Part shown: piece by piece, positions 13,554 through 22,321 of the stretch
How the letters are laid out: each line of letters begins with the position of its first letter
Position numbering within the stretch: position 1 is the stretch's first letter
Assembly (NCBI GenBank): GCA_009782085.1
Contig: WQUN01000203.1
Location: forward strand, 1 to 42,631
Length of the DNA: 42,631 nt
Reading direction: 5' to 3'
DNA from: Bacillota bacterium
GTDB lineage: Bacteria; Bacillota; Clostridia; Lachnospirales; WQUN01
Made by a program: the position numbers and the translations under genes
The notes under the pieces: generated by a model
Databases searched by the model: none
Seen by the model: only the letters and a program-made list of their open reading frames with translations
What the model was told of the DNA's origin: nothing

Positions 13554-14264
13554 ATGTATATAACCGACACGCACTGCCACACCTCCGCCAGCGGCCACGC
13601 CGACGGCTCGCCGGCGGAATACGCCTTGAAGGCGGCGGCAAAGGGGCTGAAACTGATAGCCATAACCGATCACGGGCCGGAAATGCCGGAGACCACGACG
13701 AAAGGCTATTTCGCCGGCCTGAAATCTTTGCCGCGGTTCATAGGCGGCGTGGAGATCCTCCCGGGCGCGGAGGTCAACATCATGGACCGCGACGGGAGGC
13801 TCGACCTCCCGGACGCCATATTGAGAAGGCTTAAAGTCGTCATCGCGAGCCTGCACCCGAACTGCATAGAGCCGGGCGGCGAGGCGGAGAACACCCGCGC
13901 CGTGGTCGCGGCCATGTCCAACCCGCATGTAAACATAATCGGGCACATACTCGACCGGAACTTCCCCGTCGATATAGAAACGGTCGTCCGCGCCGCCGCG
14001 CGAACCGGCAAGGTCGTCGAGGTCAACGACTCGTCCCTCCATCCGCTGAACTGGCGCTACTGCGGCGAGGAGGCGTTTCTGGAAATGCTCCGCCTGTGCG
14101 CCGAAGCCGGGGCGCAGGTGGTGGCGGCGAGCGACGCGCATACCAGCGGCCGGGTAGGCGACCTGTCCCGGGCGGCGGAGGTCATCGCCAAAAGCGGGAT
14201 ACCGGGGGAGCTTGTGCTGAACGACAGCGTGGAAAAATTGAAGAAGGCGCTGAAAATAGGCTAA
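13554..14264 (+). CDS. PHP-domain phosphoesterase (YcdX-like)
   Basis: MYITDTHCHTSASGHADGS...AITDHGP...LPGAEVN...ASLH... is the PHP-family His/Asp metal-ligand pattern. Length is 236 aa. Confidence 0.85.
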   Translation: MYITDTHCHTSASGHADGSPAEYALKAAAKGLKLIAITDHGPEMPETTTKGYFAGLKSLPRFIGGVEILPGAEVNIMDRDGRLDLPDAILRRLKVVIASLHPNCIEPGGEAENTRAVVAAMSNPHVNIIGHILDRNFPVDIETVVRAAARTGKVVEVNDSSLHPLNWRYCGEEAFLEMLRLCAEAGAQVVAASDAHTSGRVGDLSRAAEVIAKSGIPGELVLNDSVEKLKKALKIG

Positions 14265-14869
14265 CCTCATCCCGTGGGGAACGGTCAAGACCGTTCCCTA
14301 CAATGTCGGGCAGCGTGGAAAAATTGAAGAAGGCGCTGAAAATAGGCTGACCTCATCCCGTGGGGAACGGTCAAGACCGTTCCCTACAATGTCGGGCAGC
14401 GTGGAAAAATTTAAGAAGGCGCTGAGAATAGGCTAACCTCATCCCTTGGGGAACGGTCAAGACCGTTCCCTACAATGTCGGGCAGCGTGGAAAAATTTAA
14501 GAAGGCGCTGAAAATAGGCTGACGTCATCCCGTAGGGAACGGTCTTGACCGTTTCCCCACAATGTCGGGCAGCGTGGAAAAATTGAAGAGGGCGCTGAAA
14601 ATAGGCTGACGTCATCCCGTAGGGAACGGTCTTGACCGTTCCCCCACAATGTCGGGCAGCGTGGGAAAAATTGAAGAGGGCGCTGAAAATAGGCTGACGT
14701 TATCCCGGGCAGCGTGGGAAAAATTGAAGAGGGCGCTGAAAATAGGCTGACGTTATCCCGTGGGGAACGGTCAAGACCGTTCCCTACAATGTCGGGCAGC
14801 GTGGAAAAATTGAAGAAGGCGCTGAAAATAGGCTGACGTCATCCCGTGGGGAACGGTCTTGACCGTTCC
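14225..14869. repeat. Tandem array of eight ~86-87-bp units (one 53-bp unit), each containing the last 13 codons of the PHP gene plus a 28-bp palindromic hairpin
   Basis: Units start at 14225, 14311, 14397, 14483, 14570, 14657, 14710 and 14797. The unit is CAGCGTGGAAAAATTGAAGAAGGCGCTGAAAATAGGCT(A/G)A + CCTCATCCC + GTGGGGAACGGTCAAGACCGTTCCCTAC + AATGTCGGG. There are no unique spacers. Confidence 0.95.
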
Positions 14870-15008
14870 GGAATTGTCCCGGCCGAGCGGTTGTATCGTA
14901 TGTCCGTGTAAAGCGGAACGGTCAATCTTACACGTCAGTCTGATTTGCGGCATTTTGCGCAATACGAAAATAATGAGGCTCTGCGGGAGCTTGCGAAATG
15001 AGGATTTT

Positions 15009-16925
15009 ATGGTCGACCTGTCCAAACTGAACCCCATGCAGAAAAAGGCCGTCGAGCACACCGAGGGCCCCCTCCTTCTCCTGGCCGGGGCCGGCTCCGG
15101 CAAGACCAACGCCTTGACCTACCGGATCGCCTATCTGATCGACAACGGCGTCAGCCCGTTCAACATCCTGGCCATAACCTTCACGAACAAGGCCGCGCGG
15201 GAGATGCGCGACCGCGTCCGCGCCCTGTCGCCGATGGGCGAGCAGGTCTGGGTGGCCACGTTCCACTCCACCTGCGTGCGCATTTTGCGCAGAGAGATAA
15301 CCCGCCTGAACCGCGGCTCCAACTTCACCATCTTCGACGCGGACGACTCCGAGCGCCTCGTGAAGGCGTGCGTCGCGGAGCTCGGCATAAACGAGAAGCA
15401 GTTCCCGCCCAAGGGCGTGCTGTACAGCATCAGCGCCCAGAAAAACGAACTGGTCGGCCCGGAGAACTTCGCCCAGGCGGCCGCCGGGGATTTCCGGCTC
15501 TCCAAGATCGCCTTGGTATACCGGCTGTATCAGAAGAAGCTGCTGGAGGCCAACGCGCTGGACTTTGACGACATCATATTCAAGACCGTGGAGCTGTTCG
15601 TGAAGTGCCCCGACGTGCTGGAGAGGTATCAGGACAGGTTCCACTATATCCTCGTGGACGAGTACCAGGACACAAACACGGCCCAGTACAGGCTCGTGCG
15701 CGTCCTGGCGTCTAAATACGAGAACCTTTGCGTGGTCGGCGACGACGACCAGAGCATCTACGGCTGGCGCGGCGCGAACATCCGGAACATCCTGGATTTT
15801 GAGAAGGATTTCCCAAAGGCGAGCGTGATAAAGCTCGAGCAGAACTACCGCTCCACCAAGACCATCCTGGACGCGGCCAACTCCGTCATAGCCCACAACA
15901 AGGGCCGCAAGAGCAAGACGCTCTGGACGAGGAACGATTTGGGCAGCAAGATATACTATCAGAAACTGGATTCCGACAAAGACGAGGGCGCGTTCGTGGC
16001 CGGCGTGATAGCCGCGAAGGCCGCCAAGGGCGTGCGGTACTCCGACTTCGCCGTCCTCTACCGCAACAACGCCCAGTCCCGTTCGATAGAGGATCAGCTG
16101 GTGTTCCGGAGCGTCCCCTACAGGCTGTTCGGCGGCGTGCGCTTCTACGAGCGCAGAGAGGTCAAGGACATCCTGGCCTATCTGAAGGTGATATACAACC
16201 GGCAGGACATAGTGTCCCTGACACGGATCATCAACGTCCCCCGGCGCGGCATCGGCGACGCCTCCGTCGACCGCCTGATCGCCCAGGCGGGGGCGGACGG
16301 CGTCCCGATCCTGGAAACGCTCCGCGAGCCGGAAAAGGCCGGCCTGACCGGCGCCAGGGCGGAGCGGGTCAAGGAGTTCGCGGCGCTCATGGACAGGCTT
16401 ACGGAGTACGCCCACGGCCATCGGATAACCGATCTGATCAAACAGATCATAGGCGAGACGGGCTATACGGTCGGGCTCCTGCTGGAAGGCACGGAGGAGG
16501 CCCAAAGCCGCGTCGACAACGTCAACGAGCTGCTGTCCAAGGCCGCTGAGTTCGAGGCCGGGCGCGAAAACGCCGGCCTGGCCGCCTTCCTGGAGGACGT
16601 GGCCTTGGTGGCCGACGTGGACAACTACGAGGAAGGCGAGGACACGGCGGTGCTGATGACGCTGCACAGCTCCAAGGGCCTGGAGTTCCCGTGCGTGTTC
16701 CTCGTGGGCATGGAGGAGGGCATTTTTCCGAGCTACAGGAGCGCCGTGAGCGACAGCCCGAAGGAGATGGAGGAAGAGAGGCGGCTCTGCTACGTCGGGA
16801 TCACGCGGGCGATGAGGGAGCTTTACATCACGTCGGCGACGTCGCGGATGCAGTACGGGCAGACGGTTTACAACGCGCCGAGCCGGTTTATACGGGAGAT
16901 CGGGGAGGAGTATATCATCAGGTAG
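15009..16925 (+). CDS. pcrA: UvrD/PcrA-type ATP-dependent DNA helicase
   Basis: ORF 14859..16925 is trimmed to ATG 15009 (GAGGA RBS). LNPMQKKAVEHTEGPLLLLAGAGSGKTNALTYRIAYLI carries motifs Q and I, VDEYQDTN is motif II, and further matches include YRST and TLHSSKGLEFP. The upstream part overlaps the repeat array. Confidence 0.9.
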   Translation: MVDLSKLNPMQKKAVEHTEGPLLLLAGAGSGKTNALTYRIAYLIDNGVSPFNILAITFTNKAAREMRDRVRALSPMGEQVWVATFHSTCVRILRREITRLNRGSNFTIFDADDSERLVKACVAELGINEKQFPPKGVLYSISAQKNELVGPENFAQAAAGDFRLSKIALVYRLYQKKLLEANALDFDDIIFKTVELFVKCPDVLERYQDRFHYILVDEYQDTNTAQYRLVRVLASKYENLCVVGDDDQSIYGWRGANIRNILDFEKDFPKASVIKLEQNYRSTKTILDAANSVIAHNKGRKSKTLWTRNDLGSKIYYQKLDSDKDEGAFVAGVIAAKAAKGVRYSDFAVLYRNNAQSRSIEDQLVFRSVPYRLFGGVRFYERREVKDILAYLKVIYNRQDIVSLTRIINVPRRGIGDASVDRLIAQAGADGVPILETLREPEKAGLTGARAERVKEFAALMDRLTEYAHGHRITDLIKQIIGETGYTVGLLLEGTEEAQSRVDNVNELLSKAAEFEAGRENAGLAAFLEDVALVADVDNYEEGEDTAVLMTLHSSKGLEFPCVFLVGMEEGIFPSYRSAVSDSPKEMEEERRLCYVGITRAMRELYITSATSRMQYGQTVYNAPSRFIREIGEEYIIR

Positions 16926-16987
16926 GGGTTTTCATGGGTTCTAAAATTCCGCTTGAAAACAAACCGGCGCGGTGTTAGAATGAATTT

Positions 16988-17098
16988 GTTATACGACTGA
17001 CGGAAGTGGAGTTTACCACGTGGAGTATAACCGCGAAAACGATGATTGCCGGGATTCGTATCAATCGTCGTTTTCCCAGAACGCCGACCGTCTGGGCA
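16988..17098 (+). promoter_or_regulatory. ZTP (pfl-motif) riboswitch aptamer upstream of purH
   Basis: P1 is GTTATAC (16988-94) paired with GTATAAC (17025-31). The 5' subdomain CGACUGACGGAAGUGGAGUUUACCACGUGGAG is collinear with the remembered consensus GACUGGCG..GUGGG....CCAC.GGGGAG. A linker hairpin GAAAACGATGATTG/CAATCGTCGTTTTC follows. The 3' subdomain is CGCCGACCGUCUGGGCA (consensus CCGCCUGGGCA). The pseudoknot pair GACGG/CCGUC covaries relative to GGCGG/CCGCC. Confidence 0.75.
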
Positions 17099-17131
17099 GC
17101 CGATGCTTGGACTATGGTCGGCTGTTTTATT
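17097..17131 (+). terminator. Intrinsic terminator / expression platform of the ZTP riboswitch
   Basis: The stem is CAGCCGA (17097-17103) with TCGGCTG (17118-17124), followed by TTTTATT. The 5' arm overlaps the conserved CUGGGCAGCC of the aptamer. That overlap is the arrangement expected for a ligand-induced anti-termination (ON) switch. Confidence 0.65.
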
Positions 17132-17188
17132 GCCGCGGGATACCCGATAAATGCGGGATGGCGCGCGGCGGACAAGGAGGGAAATCGC

Positions 17189-18751
17189 ATGAAAAGAGCG
17201 CTTTTGAGCGTCTATGACAAGACCGGCGTCGTGGACTTCGCCGCGAGGCTGGCGGAGCTCGGCTTCGAGATCGTCTCCACCGGCGGGACGCAGGCCGCGC
17301 TCGCGGAGGCGGGGGTTCCGGTCACGGGAGTTTCGGACATAACGGGGTTCCCGGAGTGCCTGGACGGCCGGCTGAAGACGCTGCACCCGATGATCCACGG
17401 CGGCCTGCTGGCCCAGCGGAGCGTACCGGAGCACGTTTCCCGGATGGAGGAGCTCGGCATAGGGCTGATAGACATCCTCGCGGTGAACCTCTACCCGTTC
17501 AAGGAGACGGCCGCTGCGCCCGGCGCGACCCATGAGCAGATCATCGAGAAGATCGACATCGGCGGCCCGGCCATGCTCCGCGCCGCCGCGAAGAACTACG
17601 CGGACGTGGCCGCCGTGGTCGACCCGGCGGACTACGCCGCCGTCCTGGCGGAGCTCGGGGCGGGCGGCGAGGTCAGCCTGGCTACAAAGACGCGCCTGGC
17701 CGCGAAGGTGTTCATGCATACAGCCGACTACGACGCGAGCGTCGCGGCGTACATGAAAAAAGCCGCCGGAATCGGGCTTTTTCCGGAGACTCTGACATTG
17801 ACCTTCGAAAAGGCGCAGGACATGCGCTACGGCGAAAACCCGCACCAGAAGGCCGCGTTCTACCGCGAGGCCGGCCCGAAGCTCGGCGGGATGCTGACGG
17901 AGATCGTCCAGCTCCACGGCAAGGAGCTTTCCTTCAACAACATCAACGACACCCACGGCGCGCTGGAGCTTGTGAAGGAATTCGCCGAGCCGTGCGTCGT
18001 GGCCTGCAAACACTCGAACCCCTGCGGCGCGGCCTGCGGCGCGGACGTCTACGAGGCGTGGCGCAAAGCCTATTCCTGCGACCCGGTCTCCATCTACGGC
18101 GGGATCGTCGTGGCGAACCGCCCCATAGACGCCAGAATAGCGGAGGATATCGGCAGGAACAAGGTTTTTCTCGAAATTATCCTCGCGCCGGATTTTGAAC
18201 CGGAGGCATTTGAGATTTTGTCGAAAAAGAAGAGCCTGCGCCTGCTAAAACTCGACAATATCGGACGAAAACAGCCCGACGGCTCGTTGGACATTAAAAA
18301 AGTCTCGGGCGGCGTGATCGTGCAGGACGTGGACAACGCCCTGCTGCCGGAGGAATTGCGATATGTGACCGACAGAAGGCCGACGGAGCGGGAGACGGAG
18401 GACCTGGTCTTCACGTGGAAGGTCGTGAAGTACGTCAAGTCCAACGGCATCGCGATAGGCAAGGACAGGCGCACGATCGGCATCGGCCCCGGCCAGGTCA
18501 ACAGGATCTGGGCGGCGGAGCAGGCCGTCGACCACGGGACAAAGGCCCTCGGCGCCGACGCGCTGAAGGGCGCGGTCCTGGCGTCGGACGCCTACTTTCC
18601 GTTCGAGGACTGCGTCGAGGCCGCGGCGGCCGCCGGGATAACGGCGATAATCCAGCCGGGCGGGTCCGTGCGCGACGCCGAGTCGATCGAGGCGTGCAAC
18701 AGGCACGGCATAGCGATGGTGTTCACGGGGATGCGGCATTTCAGGCACTAA
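17189..18751 (+). CDS. purH: Bifunctional AICAR formyltransferase / IMP cyclohydrolase
   Basis: ORF 17006..18751 is trimmed to ATG 17189 (AAGGAGGG RBS). [34 protein letters not shown]...[22 protein letters not shown] and ...[11 protein letters not shown]...[14 protein letters not shown] match PurH end to end. Confidence 0.95.
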   Translation: MKRALLSVYDKTGVVDFAARLAELGFEIVSTGGTQAALAEAGVPVTGVSDITGFPECLDGRLKTLHPMIHGGLLAQRSVPEHVSRMEELGIGLIDILAVNLYPFKETAAAPGATHEQIIEKIDIGGPAMLRAAAKNYADVAAVVDPADYAAVLAELGAGGEVSLATKTRLAAKVFMHTADYDASVAAYMKKAAGIGLFPETLTLTFEKAQDMRYGENPHQKAAFYREAGPKLGGMLTEIVQLHGKELSFNNINDTHGALELVKEFAEPCVVACKHSNPCGAACGADVYEAWRKAYSCDPVSIYGGIVVANRPIDARIAEDIGRNKVFLEIILAPDFEPEAFEILSKKKSLRLLKLDNIGRKQPDGSLDIKKVSGGVIVQDVDNALLPEELRYVTDRRPTERETEDLVFTWKVVKYVKSNGIAIGKDRRTIGIGPGQVNRIWAAEQAVDHGTKALGADALKGAVLASDAYFPFEDCVEAAAAAGITAIIQPGGSVRDAESIEACNRHGIAMVFTGMRHFRH

Positions 18752-19346
18752 AATATTTCTCCCACCCGCTTTCCCCCACGATCAGCGTTCCCTCGGCCAG
18801 CGGGACCGGCCGGTTGTCCAGCATCAGCGTCACCTTTTCCACTCCGGGCAGCGAAAGCGCCGTGCGCAGCAGCTGGGCGGCGAATACCCTCTCGGCCTCG
18901 CACCCGCCCGCGTTGAAAGTCTCCTCCGACATATTGAGCCGCAAAAGCCCGCCGGAGACGGCCGCGCCAGTCACTTTCGCGCCTTCGGGCACGCACGCGG
19001 CTATTTCCAGAAGCCGGGAAAGGGCGGAGTAAGCCGTCTCGTCACCGGATAAGCCTTCGCCGGCGGAGTAATTCTCGCTTTCCCAGAACCAGTTTCCGTC
19101 CGCGTCGAAGTTCATGTAGCAGATCAGACAGGCCGCAGCCGCATTTGCGTCCGTACCCGTGTCCGCGGCGGTACTTGCGGCCGTGCCCGTGTCCGCGGCG
19201 GTTACTGCGGCCGTCCCGGCACACGCGGCCGCGTTCGCGCCCGTTAGCGTATCGGCGGACGCCCCCGGCGCGGCGGGGGGGCCGTACAGGGCGAGCGCCA
19301 AAAAAAACGGCAAAAGCGAGGCAAACGTCTTTATCACAGGCCACAC
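18741..19346 (-). CDS. Secreted protein with low-complexity Ala/Thr region and probable C-terminal GerMN domain
   Basis: The N-terminus has a hydrophobic signal-like segment ([24 protein letters not shown]). The C-terminus [55 protein letters not shown] resembles the GerMN pattern. It overlaps the purH 3' end convergently by 11 nt. Confidence 0.55.
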   Translation of the reverse strand: MWPVIKTFASLLPFFLALALYGPPAAPGASADTLTGANAAACAGTAAVTAADTGTAASTAADTGTDANAAAACLICYMNFDADGNWFWESENYSAGEGLSGDETAYSALSRLLEIAACVPEGAKVTGAAVSGGLLRLNMSEETFNAGGCEAERVFAAQLLRTALSLPGVEKVTLMLDNRPVPLAEGTLIVGESGWEKYFSA

Positions 19347-19492
19347 CCGTTTCTATGTAAAATAATGGTCGACAAAAGCAGTATAAAAGCTCTTCTCCGG
19401 CCGGGCAAGTCAATTCGGGGGTATAATTAATTCAATATTCGACAGAAAAATTTATATTATACTAAAATAAATAAAAATATTTCAAAAACCGC

Positions 19493-19521
19493 TTGCAAAT
19501 CCGCGTTCCGTACGTTATCAT
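19493..19521 (+). promoter_or_regulatory. Candidate sigma-A promoter (TTGCAA-17-TATCAT) preceded by an AT-rich UP-like tract
   Basis: TTGCAA lies at 19493-98, followed by a 17-nt spacer and TATCAT at 19516-21. The 70 nt upstream are almost pure A/T. The next downstream gene start is 19791. Confidence 0.4.
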
Positions 19522-19571
19522 AATAGAAATTCCCGCGGCGGGACGAGGCCGAGCGCGGGTTTTGCGCAGGG

Positions 19572-19633
19572 ATACCGGAGCGCGAAAACATTAGCCTCAC
19601 ATGCCGTCGGCAAATGTTTTCGGCATACGGTAT
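19572..19633. repeat. Family B inverted-repeat element, copy 3 (62 bp)
   Basis: Reads ATACCGGAGCGCGAAAACATTAGCCTCACATGCCGTCGGCAAATGTTTTCGGCATACGGTAT, in the 5' leader of the DUF218 gene. Confidence 0.85.
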
Positions 19634-19790
19634 ACTTACAGAGAGATGCTTACCGATTTGGGGAACGCGCGGATTGCGACCGGAAATTCCAAAGGCGGCC
19701 CCCGGCGACGTCAGCGGCGTTGCGCCGGGGGTTTGTCGTATATTCGTATTATCTCGTTTAGCGGCGGGGGAGGGGGGACGGCCGTTGGGC

Positions 19791-20534
19791 ATGACAACCT
19801 GGAAAGCGTTCCGCGCGGTTCTGGCCGCCGTGGGGGCGCTGATGATCATCGACGCCGCGGCGCTCGTCTTCACGTCGACCTTCAACGCCGGGATCGTGTT
19901 CTTTTTCCTGCTCGGCGCGGCCGTTCTCGCCGCGGCGTGGAAGGCCGACTTCCTGCGCCGCTTCAAGGCGCCGGCGTGGGTTTTCGGCGCGGCGCTGTTT
20001 ATGATCCTGGCGGGGTCGCTGCTTCTGACGGTCATTGGCGGCCGCGACACGGCCGATTACCGCGAGGACGCGCTTATCGTCCTCGGCTCGGGCGTCCGGG
20101 GCGAGACGCCGACCGGCCCGCTCAGGAGGCGCCTCGAGGCGGCGCTGGAGTACCACGGGAAGAACCCGGCGGCCCTTATCGTCGTTTCCGGCGGGCAGGG
20201 CCCCCAGGAGGACATAACGGAGGCGGAGGCCATGAGGCGCTGGCTCGCCGGGAAGGGCGTCCCCGACGAGCTGATAATAAAAGAGGACAGATCCCGGAAT
20301 ACATATGAGAACCTGGAGTTTTCCAAGGCCATACTGGACAAAAGGTTCGGGGCGGGCGCGTATCGGACGGCGTTTGTCACGAACGCCTTCCACATCTTCC
20401 GCGCGGCGCGGCTGTCGCGGCTTTTGGGCCTCGACGCGCGCCACGTCCATGCCGGGATGAATCCGTTCGAGGCCCCGTTGGCGTATCTGCGGGAATTCGC
20501 GTCGCTGGCGAAGATGTGGGTGTTGTACCGATAG
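19791..20534 (+). CDS. DUF218 (YdcF/ElyC/SanA-like) membrane-anchored protein
   Basis: ORF 19614..20534 is trimmed to ATG 19791, since the upstream part crosses the family B repeat. An N-terminal TM segment is followed by ALIVLGSGVRGETPTGPLRRRLEAALEY....IVVSGGQGPQEDITEAEAMRRWL...GVP...I..EDRSRNTYEN, the DUF218 signature. Confidence 0.85.
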   Translation: MTTWKAFRAVLAAVGALMIIDAAALVFTSTFNAGIVFFFLLGAAVLAAAWKADFLRRFKAPAWVFGAALFMILAGSLLLTVIGGRDTADYREDALIVLGSGVRGETPTGPLRRRLEAALEYHGKNPAALIVVSGGQGPQEDITEAEAMRRWLAGKGVPDELIIKEDRSRNTYENLEFSKAILDKRFGAGAYRTAFVTNAFHIFRAARLSRLLGLDARHVHAGMNPFEAPLAYLREFASLAKMWVLYR

Positions 20535-20546
20535 ATAAAAACACCG

Positions 20547-21932
20547 TCACCAGTACAGCGGCGGCAATATTTCCTTCTGGCGCTCGCACATTTCGTCGAT
20601 CATGGCGACCGCGTTGTTATAGCCGGACACCGTCGGGTCAAGCAAAACGGCCTGGAGCAGCTTGTTGCGCGACTGCTCCGCGTAGGCCTCGACGAGGAGG
20701 CTGTGTATGGCTCCCTGCGTCGCGATCATGGAGGCGACGGCAGTCGGCAGGGCGTCGCACCGCTTTGGATGGATGCCTTTTCCGTCGGCGACGGCCGGCA
20801 TCTCCAGCACCATGCCCTCCGGCAATCCCGGAGCGAAGCCGCGGTTGGGCATGTTCACCGCCCCGATCTCCGCGGCCTTGTCAAAGAATATCGCCTCGGC
20901 GATCAGCACTCCGTACTCGCCGGAGGGAACAGCCGCGCGGCTGTCCGCGTTAAAAACGCTTGTGTACGACGGATCCTTCCCGCCAGGGCCGCGCTCCGGA
21001 AAAAGCTCGCGCCCGGCGAGGTCTTTCGAGAGGCAATAGACGAATTCCGGCGGGTTTTTGGACTCCCAGGGCCGCCCGGAAGCGGGGTCGAAGTAGAACT
21101 GGAGGCTGGCGCTGGCCAGATAGGCGTCGCTCCAGGCAAAATACTCTCCTATGTGGTTCGCGCCGGGATAGGGCCACAGCCCGTAAATCCGCAGCATCAG
21201 GCGGGACAGGGCGTATTCGTCCCACAGCGCGAGCCCGTCCGCTTTTCGTTCCTGTTCGCGGAGCCTGGGATAAAGATCCTCGCCGGTCGTTTTATCCCAT
21301 ATCCTCGTGAACCAACCGAAATGGTTCATCCCGACGCTGGCGGTCCCTATGCGCTCCTGGGGCATTTGCAGGAACAGGGCCAGCTGCCGGACGCCAATCT
21401 GATCTCCGTGGCAAAGCCCGACGCATCGCACGCCGCTAAGTTTGGACAGGCCCTCCACCAGTTTGGCCTCCGGGTTGGTGTAGTTTATCAGCCACGCGCC
21501 GGGGCTGTAGCGTTCCACGGCCCGGGCGATCTCGAGCATGGGCGGAAGGTTTCGCAGCGTGTGGAACATGCCGCCCGGCCCGCCGTTCTCGCCGTATATC
21601 TGGCGGAAGCCGTAGCGGCGCGGGATGTGGAAATCCTGAGACCAGTAGTGATAGCGGTCGACCTCTATGGCCGTTATCACGAAGTCTGCGCCCTCGACCG
21701 CCCGCGCCAGGTCCGTCGAGGCTTGTATGAGAGGTTTTTTGTTCAGCCTGGCCGCCATGGCCTCGCAGAAAGCCCGCGAGACCTCCAGCGCGTCCGCCTT
21801 TATGTCCATCAGGTATATCTCGGCCTCGCCGAGGCTGCCGAAGCTTTCGTTCAGCAGGATATCGGTGACGGTCGCCGGGCAGAAGCTGACGCTTCCGGCT
21901 CCGATGACGGCAAACTTAACACGGTTTTTCAT
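20547..21932 (-). CDS. Glycoside hydrolase family 4 (NAD+/Mn2+-dependent alpha-glucosidase/alpha-galactosidase type)
   Basis: The start is set to ATG 21932. MKNRVKFAVIGAGSVSF is the Rossmann N-terminus. It is followed by ...GADFVITAIEV.RYHYW..DF.IP.RYG..Q.YGENGGPGG...LRN...NYTNPEAK...CVGLCHG, the GH4 pattern. Confidence 0.9.
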   Translation of the reverse strand: MKNRVKFAVIGAGSVSFCPATVTDILLNESFGSLGEAEIYLMDIKADALEVSRAFCEAMAARLNKKPLIQASTDLARAVEGADFVITAIEVDRYHYWSQDFHIPRRYGFRQIYGENGGPGGMFHTLRNLPPMLEIARAVERYSPGAWLINYTNPEAKLVEGLSKLSGVRCVGLCHGDQIGVRQLALFLQMPQERIGTASVGMNHFGWFTRIWDKTTGEDLYPRLREQERKADGLALWDEYALSRLMLRIYGLWPYPGANHIGEYFAWSDAYLASASLQFYFDPASGRPWESKNPPEFVYCLSKDLAGRELFPERGPGGKDPSYTSVFNADSRAAVPSGEYGVLIAEAIFFDKAAEIGAVNMPNRGFAPGLPEGMVLEMPAVADGKGIHPKRCDALPTAVASMIATQGAIHSLLVEAYAEQSRNKLLQAVLLDPTVSGYNNAVAMIDEMCERQKEILPPLYW

Positions 21933-21961
21933 GCGCGGCACGCCCCCTTTCTATGGATTTT

Positions 21962-21989
21962 ATTATACAAAGTTTAGTCGCGGTGTCAA
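21962..21989 (-). promoter_or_regulatory. Candidate sigma-A promoter of the GH4 gene (TTGACA-16-TATAAT)
   Basis: The reverse complement of 21962-21989 is TTGACAccgcgactaaactttgTATAAT. The -10 ends 30 nt before the ATG. Confidence 0.55.
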
Positions 21990-22005
21990 TCGCTGTCTCG
22001 CAGAA

Positions 22006-22200
22006 CACGACAAACGCATGAAAATATTTCCGCATAAAATTAGAGTTCCTTTTGTTGTAGGGTGCGCCGACTCCGGCGCGCCGTTCCACTATTTGCGATG
22101 AATATTGCGGCAAGCTCGGCGCGCCGGGGTCGGCGCGCCCTACATTCGTTGTGCAATTTGTATGCAATTTGTATGTTCATGCGTTCATGCGTTTGTCGTG
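22006..22200. mobile_element. 195-bp MITE with perfect 17-bp terminal inverted repeats and 7-bp target-site duplication
   Basis: The left end is CACGACAAACGCATGAA (22006-22022) and the right end is TTCATGCGTTTGTCGTG (22184-22200), its exact reverse complement. It is flanked by direct CGCAGAA at 21999-22005 and 22201-22207. There is no ORF. The interior carries two inverted GTAGGG-flanked hairpins (22055-22082, 22118-22145) and short tandem repeats. Confidence 0.8.
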
Positions 22201-22216
22201 CGCAGAAAATTTCCTC

Positions 22217-22245
22217 TTGCCATTCACACCCCCCCGCGTTATAAT
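22217..22245 (+). promoter_or_regulatory. Candidate sigma-A promoter of guaB (TTGCCA-17-TATAAT)
   Basis: TTGCCA lies at 22217-22222, followed by a 17-nt spacer and TATAAT at 22240-22245. It is 77 nt upstream of ATG 22322, which has an AAGGAGG RBS. Confidence 0.6.
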
Positions 22246-22321
22246 TTCACCCCATACCATTTCCGATTGGCGGGATAAGAAACTAAATTTCAGATATTAA
22301 TTTCAGAAGGAGGGGTTTACA

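Noticed and set aside
14225-14869. Regularly spaced repeats that could be mistaken for a CRISPR array
   Set aside because: The units are contiguous, about 86 bp, with no unique spacers between them. Each unit is a copy of the PHP gene 3' end plus a hairpin. No cas genes or leader are present.
19522-19790. Known riboswitch class in the DUF218 leader
   Set aside because: I compared it from memory with the c-di-GMP, guanidine, preQ1, fluoride and c-di-AMP motifs and found no convincing match. It is left as an unclassified structured leader.
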